From: Eledone cirrhosa
Lineage: Eukaryota
Length of the DNA: 64,000 nt
Assembly (NCBI GenBank): GCA_964016885.1
Contig: CAXHJY010000306.1
Coordinates: 2,564-66,563, forward strand
Direction: 5' to 3'
Shown: positions 1 to 21,564 of the stretch, piece by piece
Layout: every line of letters starts with the position of its first letter
Position numbering within the stretch: the stretch's first letter is position 1
Translations under genes and position numbers: made by a program
The notes under the pieces: generated by a model
Databases searched by the model: none
The model's input: only the letters and a program-made list of their open reading frames with translations
Told to the model about the DNA's origin: nothing

Positions 1-958
<958 letters not shown>

Positions 959-1111
959 TTCTAGGAGAAGGAAAACTCTGATATAACACCTGCAACTCTG
1001 ATGGTATCCAATGATGTTGACTTGTTCTTCTTTTTGGTAAATATCATCTTGGTTAAGAGAGTGGGACTGGCTTTGTGCAGTGCCTTTGCTCACTATAAAA
1101 GCTTCACGGCA
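959..1111 (+). mobile_element. Partial copy of the RTE-derived non-autonomous retroposon (local duplicate of 1198-1350)
   Basis: Same sequence as 1198-1350 (offset 239) and as the middle of 11161-11770; flanked by TA on both sides. Confidence 0.85.
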
Positions 1112-1123
1112 TATATATATATG

Positions 1124-1154
<31 letters not shown>

Positions 1155-1197
1155 GTATATATAATATATATGTATATATATATATATGTATATATAT

Positions 1198-1570
1198 TTC
1201 TAGGAGAAGGAAAACTCTGATATAACACCTGCAACTCTGATGGTATCCAATGATGTTGACTTGTTCTTCTTTTTGGTAAATATCATCTTGGTTAAGAGAG
1301 TGGGACTGGCTTTGTGCAGTGCCTTTGCTCACTATAAAAGCTTCACGGCACAGGCATTGCTTTATATCTGGAGATCTCTCTGCACTTGTCGTCACATGGT
1401 ACCATGGGCCTAGCACTATGGGTCAATAATTGTCACAAGTGTAGTGTTTGTACCAGAGTTTTCAAGTCGCTGGCTGGACTAAAGTCACATTCGTTCAGCG
1501 CATCGGTAGGAGTTCTCCTACATGGATATAAAGTAGTGGCCATACTCGAAAACGAGTTGGCAGCCACCAT
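1198..1570 (+). mobile_element. 5'-truncated copy of the RTE-derived non-autonomous retroposon
   Basis: Matches the 3' part of 11161-11770 and shares its 3' end ...GTTGGCAGCCACCAT; encodes [19 protein letters not shown]. Confidence 0.85.
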
Positions 1571-11160
<9,590 letters not shown>

Positions 11161-11770
11161 GTCAGGTCACCAGTTGGTGCTACTGGTAACATGTATCCCA
11201 GTACAACCTGTCTCATGGTCGGGTCGTTGGCGACTAAACTGGCAACCCCACCAAGGTTTCTTGGTGAGGAGGGTGACTTTGGACATCCTGCAGGACTAAA
11301 AACAAAACCTGTCAAAGGGCAAAGGAGCTCTTAAGAGTCAATGGCAATCCAAAATCACTGGGAGAGATGACCCCTTAGCCTTTGTCAAGGCAGAATTCTA
11401 GGAGAAGGAAAACTCTGATATAACACCTGCAACCCTGATGGTATCCAATGATGTTGACTTGTTCTTCTTTTTGGTAAATATCATCTTGGTTAAGAGAGTG
11501 GGACTGGCTTTGTGCAGTGCCTTTGCTCACTATAAAAGCTTCACGGCACAGGCATTGCTTTATATCTGGAGATCTCTCTGCACTTGTCGTCACATGGTAC
11601 CATGGGCCCAGCACTATGTGTCAATAATTGTCACAGGTGTAGTGTTTGTACCAAAGTTTTCAAGTCTCTGGCTAGACTAAAAAGTCACACTCGTTCAGCG
11701 CATCGGTAGGGGTTCTCCTACATGGATATAAAGTAGTGGCCGTACTCGAAAACGAGTTGGCAGCCACCAT
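11161..11770 (+). mobile_element. Longest copy of a ~610-bp RTE-derived non-autonomous retroposon (RTE-like 5'UTR fused to the ORF C-terminal C2H2 finger and 3' end)
   Basis: RTE 5'UTR-like GAAGGAAAACTCTGAT motif; 3' part reads [25 protein letters not shown]; terminal ACTCG-AAAA-CGAGT hairpin; other copies share the 3' end but differ at the 5' end. Confidence 0.75.
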
Positions 11771-12670
<900 letters not shown>

Positions 12671-12816
12671 ATCATCATCATCATCATCATCATCAGGTTT
12701 AGCGTCCGTGTTCCACGCTTGCATGGGTTTGGACGGGGGTTTTCCCACTTGAGGCAAGACCCATGCAAGCGTGGAACACGGACGCTAAACCTGATGATGA
12801 TGATGATGATGATGAT
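12671..12816. repeat. Perfect 58-bp inverted repeat of an RTE 3' terminus with a 30-nt spacer
   Basis: 12671-12728 is the reverse complement of 12759-12816 including the (ATC)n/(GAT)n tails; left arm plus spacer match the RTE 3' end at 60167-60257. Confidence 0.9.
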
Positions 12817-12833
12817 ATATATATACATACATA

Positions 12834-12866
<33 letters not shown>

Positions 12867-12941
12867 GTATATATGTATATATATATGTATATATATATGT
12901 ATATATATATGTATATATATATGTATATATATATGTATATA

Positions 12942-13012
<71 letters not shown>

Positions 13013-13013
13013 G

Positions 13014-13051
<38 letters not shown>

Positions 13052-13117
13052 TGTATATGTATGTATATATATATATATATATGTATGTATATATATATAT
13101 ATATATGTATATGTATG

Positions 13118-13150
<33 letters not shown>

Positions 13151-13211
13151 GTGTATATATATATGTATATATATGTGTATATATATGTATATATATATGT
13201 ATATATATATG

Positions 13212-13246
<35 letters not shown>

Positions 13247-13471
13247 GTATATATATATGTATATATATATGTATATATATATGTATATATATATGTATAT
13301 ATATATATGTATATATATATATGTATATATATATATGTATATATATATATGTATATATATATGTATATATATATGTATATATATATGTATATATATATAT
13401 GTATATATATATATGTATATATATATATGTATATATATATATGTATATATATATATGTATATATATATATG

Positions 13472-13534
<63 letters not shown>

Positions 13535-13543
13535 GTATATATG

Positions 13544-13590
<47 letters not shown>

Positions 13591-13615
13591 GTATATATGT
13601 ATATATATATATATG

Positions 13616-13646
<31 letters not shown>

Positions 13647-13660
13647 GTATATGTATATAT
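12817..13660. repeat. Interrupted (TA)n array
   Basis: Directly visible. Confidence 0.97.
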
Positions 13661-16600
13661 AACAAACAAACAAATTAACAACACACCAAAACAATTAAAA
13701 CCATCCACTCTCGCCTCTACATTTTTGCTTAACGCCCAAGGCATCAGCCCTTCCACCAATACTCAAAAATGGAAGATCAAATTCCTGGAGGACTGGATTG
13801 ATGTCCATCCAAACCACATCCCTTTCTTCGTCCTCACTGAAACCCATCTCAGTAACCTCCACTTGGAAGCCGAGGTGAAAGTGAAAAATTTAAAGCCATC
13901 CGTGCTGATCGCGCTGGCAGAAGAAAGGGCGGAACTGCCATTTATGTCCATAATTCTTTCTCAACAGAGGCTATGAACATATTCACTAATGGATACTGTG
14001 AAGCAGTCACTGTATTCAGTCAAACCAACAACCTATTAGTAGTTGGGCTCTATAGGCCACCCCAAACGCCTGTACCATGCTTCAAGGAATGCCTCAACAG
14101 CATAAAGTGTTTCATCCAAGAGTGTCACCCTGACAACATCTTAATGATGGGGGACTTCAACCTCCCCAGAGTTGACTGGTCCACAAACAGCCTGCCACCA
14201 GGTTCTTCTGCCTCAACCTCTGACAGGGAAGCTGTGGAATCGCTTCTTGACTTCATGGATGATTTCTTCCTATCCCAACTGGTGCTCGAACCAACGAGGT
14301 GCCACAAAAACGTCCTAGACTTAATTTTCAGCAATCACACTGACAATATCCACAATATTGCAGTGGAGAAAACTCTACTCTCTGATCATGACATGGTTCT
14401 CTGTGATCTGAGATTCCACCGTCCAATATACAAACCCAATGTCATCTCTCCTGTCCATCCGTTTGACGCTATGGATTTCCACAATGCAAACTGGGAAGCG
14501 ATCAGTCATGATCTTGCACATGTCGACTGGTCCTTCACGCACACTCATACACCCACTAACATCAAAAAGTCCTGGCAGACATTTGTGGACACTGTTACAA
14601 ACATATGTGCTAAACACACCCCATTAAGAACTATAAACAAATCTAAGAGCAGAATCCCTAGAAATAGAAAAACGCTCATCAGAAAAATTAAGAGAACGAA
14701 CAAAAAAATCAACAAGCTGAAATACTGTCAGCAGCAACACATCAACTTGACTGCCATTTCATCACTAGAGATTAAAAAACATAACCTCCAAAACAACATA
14801 ATGTCCCTCATCAACAATCAGAGAAGAGCTGAAGAGGCCTGGGCCATTGAGAAGATCAAACTCAATCCCAAAGTGTTCTTTTCATTTGCAAAAAAACACA
14901 AAATCACTGGCTCTACTGTTGGCCCTCTAATTGATGAAAATGGCACTCTTCAAGACAATGCTAAAACCATGGGTGAGATACTGCAGAAACAATACTGCTC
15001 TGTTTTCAGCAATCCTGATATGGCCGATCTGGGCTGTATCGGCGATGTTACTCCCCATTACACCTTATCGGACATAACGTTTGGCGCCCCTGATGTCTTG
15101 GCGGCAATAAAGGAAATCAAGCATAATTCAGCAGTAGGTCCCGATAGGTTCCCTGCTTGTGTCTTGAAGGCGTGTCAACACCAACTTGCATCTCCTCTTG
15201 CCAATCTGTGGCGGAACTCACTGGATGCTGGATATGTGCCAGAAAACCTATCCCAGTCTGTTGTCCCAGTTTTCAAAAAGGGAAACAAATCCCTTGCCGT
15301 GAATTACCGTCCAATCTCACTCACCTCTCATATCATTAAGGTATTTGAGAGAGTGGTGAGATCGCGAATGACCCACTTCCTTGAGAGTAACAATATGCTG
15401 AACTCCAACCAGCATGGATTCCGTAATGGAAGGGATTGCCTGACGCAGCTACTGCATCACTTTGATGACATTTTGAGAGCCTTGGGAGAGGGTTCCAACA
15501 CTGATGTTATCTATCTTGATTTCAGCAAGGCCTTTGACAGGGTTGATCATAACATTCTACTGAGAAAGCTGTCCAATATTGGTGTCACTGGAAAGCTGCT
15601 GCAGTGGATCAAGAGCTTCCTGTCAAACAGAACCCAACATGTTGTAGTTGAGGGAGTCAAATCAAGCCCAGCCAAAGTCAGTAGTGGGGTCCCACAAGGC
15701 ACTGTGTTGGGCCCACTTCTCTTCATCATCTATATTAATGACATCACTGACATCATCAAACACAGCAACATTAAAATTTTCGCTGATGATTCCAAGCTCC
15801 AAAAGGTCATCAATGGCGTGGATGACCGGATAAGCCTTCAGTCAGACCTACTGGCTGTTACCCAATGGGCAGAAAAGAACAACATGTTACTGAACGAAGA
15901 CAAATTCGAACTGATCCACTTTGGAAAAGAGGATGCTCTGAAACTCCCGTACTCCCTTCCCTCCGGGGAAACTCTCGTGGCATCTAACAACATCAGAGAC
16001 TTGGGAGTAACCGTGGACAGCAACATAAGCTGGACCACGCATATAAGCAGCAAAGTTGACATGGCCCGCAGAATGTGTTCCTGGATCCTCAGAACCTTCC
16101 AGTCGAGAGATTCCCGCACCATTATCCTTCTCTTCTCTACTTTTGCCCGACCACACCTTGAATACTGTTGTCCACTGTGGTCTCCCCACACGAAACAAAG
16201 TATCATGAAACTTGAAGCTCCTCAAAGGGCAATCACGAAAAAGATAGATGGCATGTCAGACCTTGACTACTGGGGTCGATTAGAAAACCTGAAACTTTAC
16301 TCACTCCAACGTCGCCGTGAGCGTTATATTATCTGCATGATGTGGAAAATGTTCCATCATCACTGCCCAAATGATGTTGGCATCGCCTTCAAGATACACC
16401 CAAGGCTTGGGCCCCGTGCTATCCGTCCCATTCAAAAATCTAAATCGCAACTCATAACAACAATACGGCACAATTATTTCACCTCAATCGGCCCTGCTCT
16501 CTTCAACATCACACCAGGACACGTCAAAACAGAAACTGACCACACAAAATTCAAGAAGTCTTTGGACAAATTCCTCCAAGTAATCCCGGACAAACCACCC

Positions 16601-16753
16601 ACACCCGGATATGTCTCCGCAAACAGTAATTCTCTTCTCGAATGGGCCATGGTGCCCAAATCCTGAATTGAAAGACTTCGCCAGGTGGTGCTATTAAGTT
16701 AGACATGGCCTGGGCCAATACTGGCCAAAACATTTCAAAGTTATTCAAAGTTA
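13661..16753 (+). mobile_element. CR1-group (CR1/L2/Daphne-like) LINE, 5'-truncated near the ORF2 start, no ORF1
   Basis: APE endonuclease plus RT; short 3'UTR ending in (TTCAAAGTTA)x2; flanked by (TA)n on both sides. Confidence 0.9.
13724..16666 (+). CDS. LINE ORF2 endonuclease-reverse transcriptase with one -1 frameshift at ~13890 (open frame continuous from 13892 to 16666)
   Basis: APE motifs [45 protein letters not shown]; RT motifs [39 protein letters not shown]. Confidence 0.93.
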
Positions 16754-16982
<229 letters not shown>

Positions 16983-17196
16983 TTCGTTTCTGAATTTGTT
17001 TAGCAAGATTCTTTATCTGAAATCGTGTGTTGAAACCGATATTGTTATACTTTGGGAGCGTCATGTTGCCAATAAGAAACACACGCACCAGTTGCTTTCA
17101 CTTCAATTTATTATATATTTATAAATTTACAAATCTACAAACTTATAAATTTCTGGTTGGTTGGTTGGTTCCACAACCAGATAGTTGTTTATATAT

Positions 17197-17241
17197 AGTC
17201 ATAGTCCTTTCGTCACACACTCTGTGACCTCTTCAGTGACT
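17197..17241 (-). ncRNA. Minimal type I hammerhead ribozyme
   Basis: Minus strand reads AGUCA-CUGAAGA-G-GUCACA gagug UGUGAC-GAAA-GGAC-UA-UGACU: 5-bp stem I, 6-bp stem II, one extra G after A9, CUA cleavage triplet. Confidence 0.75.
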
Positions 17242-17445
17242 GGGGATTCCTTTCTTTGTTTCTGTGCCTTTCCTTTCTTCTGTCCTACGCCATTTTGTTT
17301 CTGTGTGTGTGTTGTGTGCTCAGTTTGCGCATGCGCCACATCCGGGTGTCTGTGTGTGTTTGTGCTCATTTATCTATTTGTTTATTTATTTACATGTTGT
17401 TGGTTGGTTGTTTGTTCTATGTATGTGTGTGTTTTCATTTTGTCC

Positions 17446-18339
17446 TTAATTGTAAGTTGTGATGTTGCTGTTCCACTCATATTTTCTATTTAATTTTGGT
17501 TGTAATTCTTTTATGCTTACTGCCTCTGTAATTTGCCTAAACATTGCATCTTTTCTGTGTGTGGATTCTATTTTTATTTCTATGTTCTCTAATTTACCCT
17601 TGTGTTCTATCTTAGCATGTTGGTAGAGTACAGATGATTCTTTATTATCTTGAAGGTCTCGCCAGTGTTCATTTATCCGTTCCCCTATACTACGAGCTGT
17701 CTCACCTATGTACACTATATTTTTGTTTCTACATTGTCCTTCAGTACATCTTATGCTATACACTACATTTCTAGTTTTACAGTTAATATGGGGGCTTATT
17801 TTACAGGTTATACATTTCTTATCTATACATGAGGGTCTTTGGAACGGGTATGTCTTGCTAATAAGTGTTTTTACGGAGGTACCTGGTCTTTCTACTATCT
17901 TAATATTGAGTTTATGTTTATTTAGGGCCCTTCTAAATTTGTAGGCTAGTTCGCCTCTAGGGGTTGTATTGATGAACATTACACTCTGGTATTTATTGCT
18001 ATCATACCATGAGTTTATTCTATTGGCCTTGTTCCTAGTTCTTTCTATTCTATTCCAAAATTTGCTCCTATACAAGGGGCAGGTCCCATTTATGTCATTA
18101 TTTACCATTTTTTCCCATTTGGTTCTGGCTCCTCTATACACTCTGATTCTATCTCTCTGATTGTAGCCAGAGAACTGCATATGGTGGATGAAGTGTTGTA
18201 TGTGTCTCTCTAGTTCTTCGGGGTTGCACATGCGGGACACATTTCTCATCACCCGTACCAAATCCGCAATCAGTATGTTGATTTTGGTATGGTCCGAAAT
18301 GGCCGAGTTTCGGTGGATCAGATGTTTGGAAGTCATGGG
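17446..18339 (-). CDS. PLE ORF C-terminal fragment: RT thumb/linker, Cys-rich linker and GIY-YIG endonuclease
   Basis: HRNSA..SGY; C.DKKCITC..NCKTRNVVYSIRC..C..VYIGET.R..ERINEH..EAVSI..QPKLN. Confidence 0.9.
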   Translation of the reverse strand, partial: PMTSKHLIHRNSAISDHTKINILIADLVRVMRNVSRMCNPEELERHIQHFIHHMQFSGYNQRDRIRVYRGARTKWEKMVNNDINGTCPLYRSKFWNRIERTRNKANRINSWYDSNKYQSVMFINTTPRGELAYKFRRALNKHKLNIKIVERPGTSVKTLISKTYPFQRPSCIDKKCITCKISPHINCKTRNVVYSIRCTEGQCRNKNIVYIGETARSIGERINEHWRDLQDNKESSVLYQHAKIEHKGKLENIEIKIESTHRKDAMFRQITEAVSIKELQPKLNRKYEWNSNITTYN

Positions 18340-18340
18340 T

Positions 18341-18907
18341 AGATAACAACATTGAGCCAGTGGAAAGAGACAGGAGTAATTATGAGAGACATAGAAACAA
18401 CCATGAGGCTGTTGGTGGAAATAAATAGAAACAACACAACTAACAATAACAATAGCACTAGTACACATAAAGCAGCAACTTGGAACTCTCCGTTTTATAA
18501 CCCCTCCGAAAAATCATTCGACCTGCGACGAGTCCACGCCACGACTTTACCATTTAACAAACGCACGCAGTTGCCGTCGCAGGTCGATGAACAAACAGAA
18601 GCACAATTTAGTATAGCTAAACACATATATATAGTTTATCATACAACACAACAGGAGGAAAATATAACACCACTGACGATGTTGCAGATGTGCAACGAAA
18701 GATTTGATGATGATATGTGTTTGTGTCTATATTGTATCTGTATTATTTTTGACCGTCGGTCAGTTAATGGCAACATTGAGGACCGAGTAAGTTAGATTAC
18801 AGATATAAAAGACAGCGAGAAGCGAAAACCAACCAAACAGTGAGTGTGTTCTGTTATTAATTCTGGCAATATTACACAAATATGACCCTCCCCAAGTATA
18901 ACAATAT
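18341..18907 (+). mobile_element. Oppositely oriented 3'/pLTR segment of a related PLE
   Basis: Hammerhead-like core at 18673-18700, then ATGACCCTCCCCAAGTATAACAATAT (24/26 identical to the reverse complement of 17039-17064), then TA. Confidence 0.6.
18668..18712 (+). ncRNA. Degenerate hammerhead-like motif
   Basis: CUGACGA-U-GUUGCA gaug UGCAAC-GAAA with a perfect stem II; stem III/cleavage site and stem I (CACCA/UGAUG) are imperfect. Confidence 0.45.
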
Positions 18908-19044
18908 ATTCATATATATATATATATATATTCATATATATATATATTCATATATATATATATATTCATATATATTCATATATATATATATATTCATATA
19001 TATATATATATTCATATATATATATTCATATATATATATATATA

Positions 19045-19090
<46 letters not shown>
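18908..19090. repeat. (TA)n with TTCA interruptions
   Basis: Directly visible. Confidence 0.9.
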
Positions 19091-19093
<3 letters not shown>

Positions 19094-19437
19094 GAGGCAC
19101 ATGTCTTAGTGGTTAGAGCATTGGGCTTGCAATCGAAAGGTTGTAAGTTCAATCTTCAGACCGGGTGATGTGTTGTTTCCTTGAGCAGGACACTTTATTT
19201 CACATTGCTCCAGTTTACTCAGCTGTAGAAATAAGATGATAGGACTGGGGGTCCCTATCATTCCACTGCAAAGTGGTGCTGGAGGTGCCACACCAAAAAA
19301 AGCACCCAGCACTCACTGTTAATGAGGTTGGTGTTAGGAAGGGCATCCAGCTGTAAAAATCAAGCCAGAATCAATTCCCGTCCCACCCGTGCAAGCAGGG
19401 AAAAAGCGGACGTAAAAATGAAATGAAATGAAATGAA
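19091..19437 (+). mobile_element. tRNA-derived SINE with an RTE-type 3' tail
   Basis: A-box-like TAGTGGTTAGAGC, B-box-like GTTCAATC, CCTTGAGCAGGACACTT core; tail GGTTGGTGTTAGGAAGGGCATCCAG shared with the RTE 3'UTR at ~24396; (AAATG)n end. Confidence 0.8.
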
Positions 19438-20154
19438 TAGTCCTTTCCAAGCCACCATGGAATAAAAAACGTAAATATGACTATATATATATATAAATAT
19501 ATGAGAGAGAGAGAGAGAGAGAGGGTGGGGAAGGCATAGGCAGTTTAATATATTTATTAATATAGGAATTTATGAATGGTGACCTATTACTTTCAGTATT
19601 TGTACGAAGTAACATATTTCTTTTACCCTTTCTTCATGATGAATGGAATATACATATAGGTAAATATATTCCATATATCAATTTCTTTTCTTTCTTTTCT
19701 CTCAAATCATCACTTTCTTTAATATTATATTAGTAGTGTAAAGAAAGCAGTTGTCTTGAGTAGTATTGAAAAAATTGAAATGCGTATGTCCCAACACAAA
19801 TGATCATAATAATAGCATGTTTCTATAAAAATAATGGTAAAGAAGGAAAAATATGGACGAGGGCATCTGCAAAGGATTTGTTGTGTTTGATCAATGTTAT
19901 GAATCGTTTTAGCCAAAATGCAGCCATAGTGAATTATAATGGTATCTGTCTGTCATCACCTTTGTGCAGTTCAGCATCTCGAGATCAATTTTTGCTACTT
20001 CTGTCCATGTCATCCTTGGTCTTACTCTTCCATTTGTGTGGATTTCTATTTCTTCTTTACCCAACTATCATCACCTGTACATATTACATGTCTGTATCAG
20101 CATACATTTTAGGAGACATGTACCTTTATATATCTTCCTAAACCCCCCCCCAAG

Positions 20155-20380
20155 TCTGGAGGCTCATCAGGCCAGTGCTTATCCAGGTTTCATTAGCATT
20201 AAGCCAATGAGAGTATGTTCCCCACTGGACAAGATGTAAGTCCATAGTAGGGTTAACCCTCAGCTGAGTACTGGAGTGATGTGAAATGAAGTGAACACAA
20301 TTCATCACTTGGCCCAGGTATCAGACCAACAATATTATGATTATATGTTCAACACTAACCATAGGCCATGTACCTTCACA
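20155..20380 (-). mobile_element. Degenerate SINE
   Basis: Similar to 32765-32960 and to the tRNA-head end of 37600-37915. Confidence 0.5.
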
Positions 20381-21564
20381 TATCCTGATGATATAGTGAT
20401 TCTTTATGTGAGATTTAATGGCAGCAGGGGTTACATGAAGGAATCAGAAATATACTCAATAGAAGGCTTCTCCATTAACCAGATAAAAACTTCTTTTTCC
20501 AAAATGTCTTCACCACAAAATATTCTCATATATTATATTAGAGTAATATTTATAGATTTAATCTTATATTTGCAGTAAATATCCCAGGGAGAGAGAGATA
20601 GAGAGAGATTTCTCTTTCATCAATGTATCACATCACAAGAAAAAGTTTTTATAATTCTAACAAACCATTTGACAAAATATAGACCAGCTGGCTTCCATCC
20701 AAACATTAGCTACTCTAGTCTCTTTGTCATCTCAGTTTATGAAACACTAACATTTAAATTTTCCTGACTCCCCAATGATTTATTTTTACAGCAATACCTT
20801 TTAATAATTCAGTTTTTCAGTTTCTCTTTTTATCGATAAGCCCTTTGTCTCTGAATTCACTTGACCTTATTTTATTTTATTTTTTTTTTATTCCACCTTG
20901 AATTCCTTTACAGACTACTTTGACTTATTTCTGTTCCATGTTTATATTATCTTGTTGCTGACTAAAAACTTGATTTCCGGACTGTTTTTGATGAATTCCT
21001 CAATTTCTGAAATATCATTCAGTAAACAATTGGTGACCATTTCTGGTAAAGGGTGTTTTGTAAAAAGGTCCTTAGGTTTTTACATAATATAGAAAAGAAA
21101 AGAGCCAATTCTCTAGATTGAATTATTTCTATTACCGAAACTATCTATTGGTTGCAACTCCTGACTAAAGCATCAGTGTTTTTTCAGTAATAGGAATTCC
21201 ACCTGACATTTCTTTTCCCAGCAATCACCATCTATGCATGTGTCCATATCCCAGTGCACTCTTCTCTCTTGCACACTACATTTGATATTTCTTAAACGCT
21301 ATCCTGTTTTTCTCTAAACACAGAGCAGCACTGTTTATGATATTGGCATTACTATTATGTTAGCAGAAAAATGGGTAGATAAGGTAATTGCCGTAAATAG
21401 AGTAAACGACAGAATCATTAAAATAAGACTAGTTCTAAATAGAACAACTGTGTCAACTGGTCTACGAGACTTTATAAAAGACAAGTTCTCTACAAGACGT
21501 TATAAAAGACAAGTTCTATGAGTTGCTAATGCTCACTACCTCCCAAATAACCAACAATGACTAC

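Noticed and set aside
1430-1500. C2H2 zinc finger as a host transcription-factor exon
   Set aside because: A single finger inside a multicopy retroposon, matching the C-terminal finger typical of RTE ORFs
11375-11680. Recurrent short ORFs [11 protein letters not shown].. and [10 protein letters not shown].. (also near 1001 and 52624)
   Set aside because: They recur only because the retroposon copies are near-identical; the meaningful remnant is the C2H2 frame
12791-12816. Other CTGATGA hits (12791, ~26141, ~31324, ~36517) as hammerheads
   Set aside because: No stem II followed by GAAA and a cleavage site
16990-17070. Possible SECIS (AUGA..AA..GA) in the PLE 3' region
   Set aside because: No convincing helix pairing, and no in-frame UGA in the visible ORF
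19091-19165. tRNA gene
   Set aside because: Degenerate cloverleaf continuing into a SINE body; it is a tRNA-derived head
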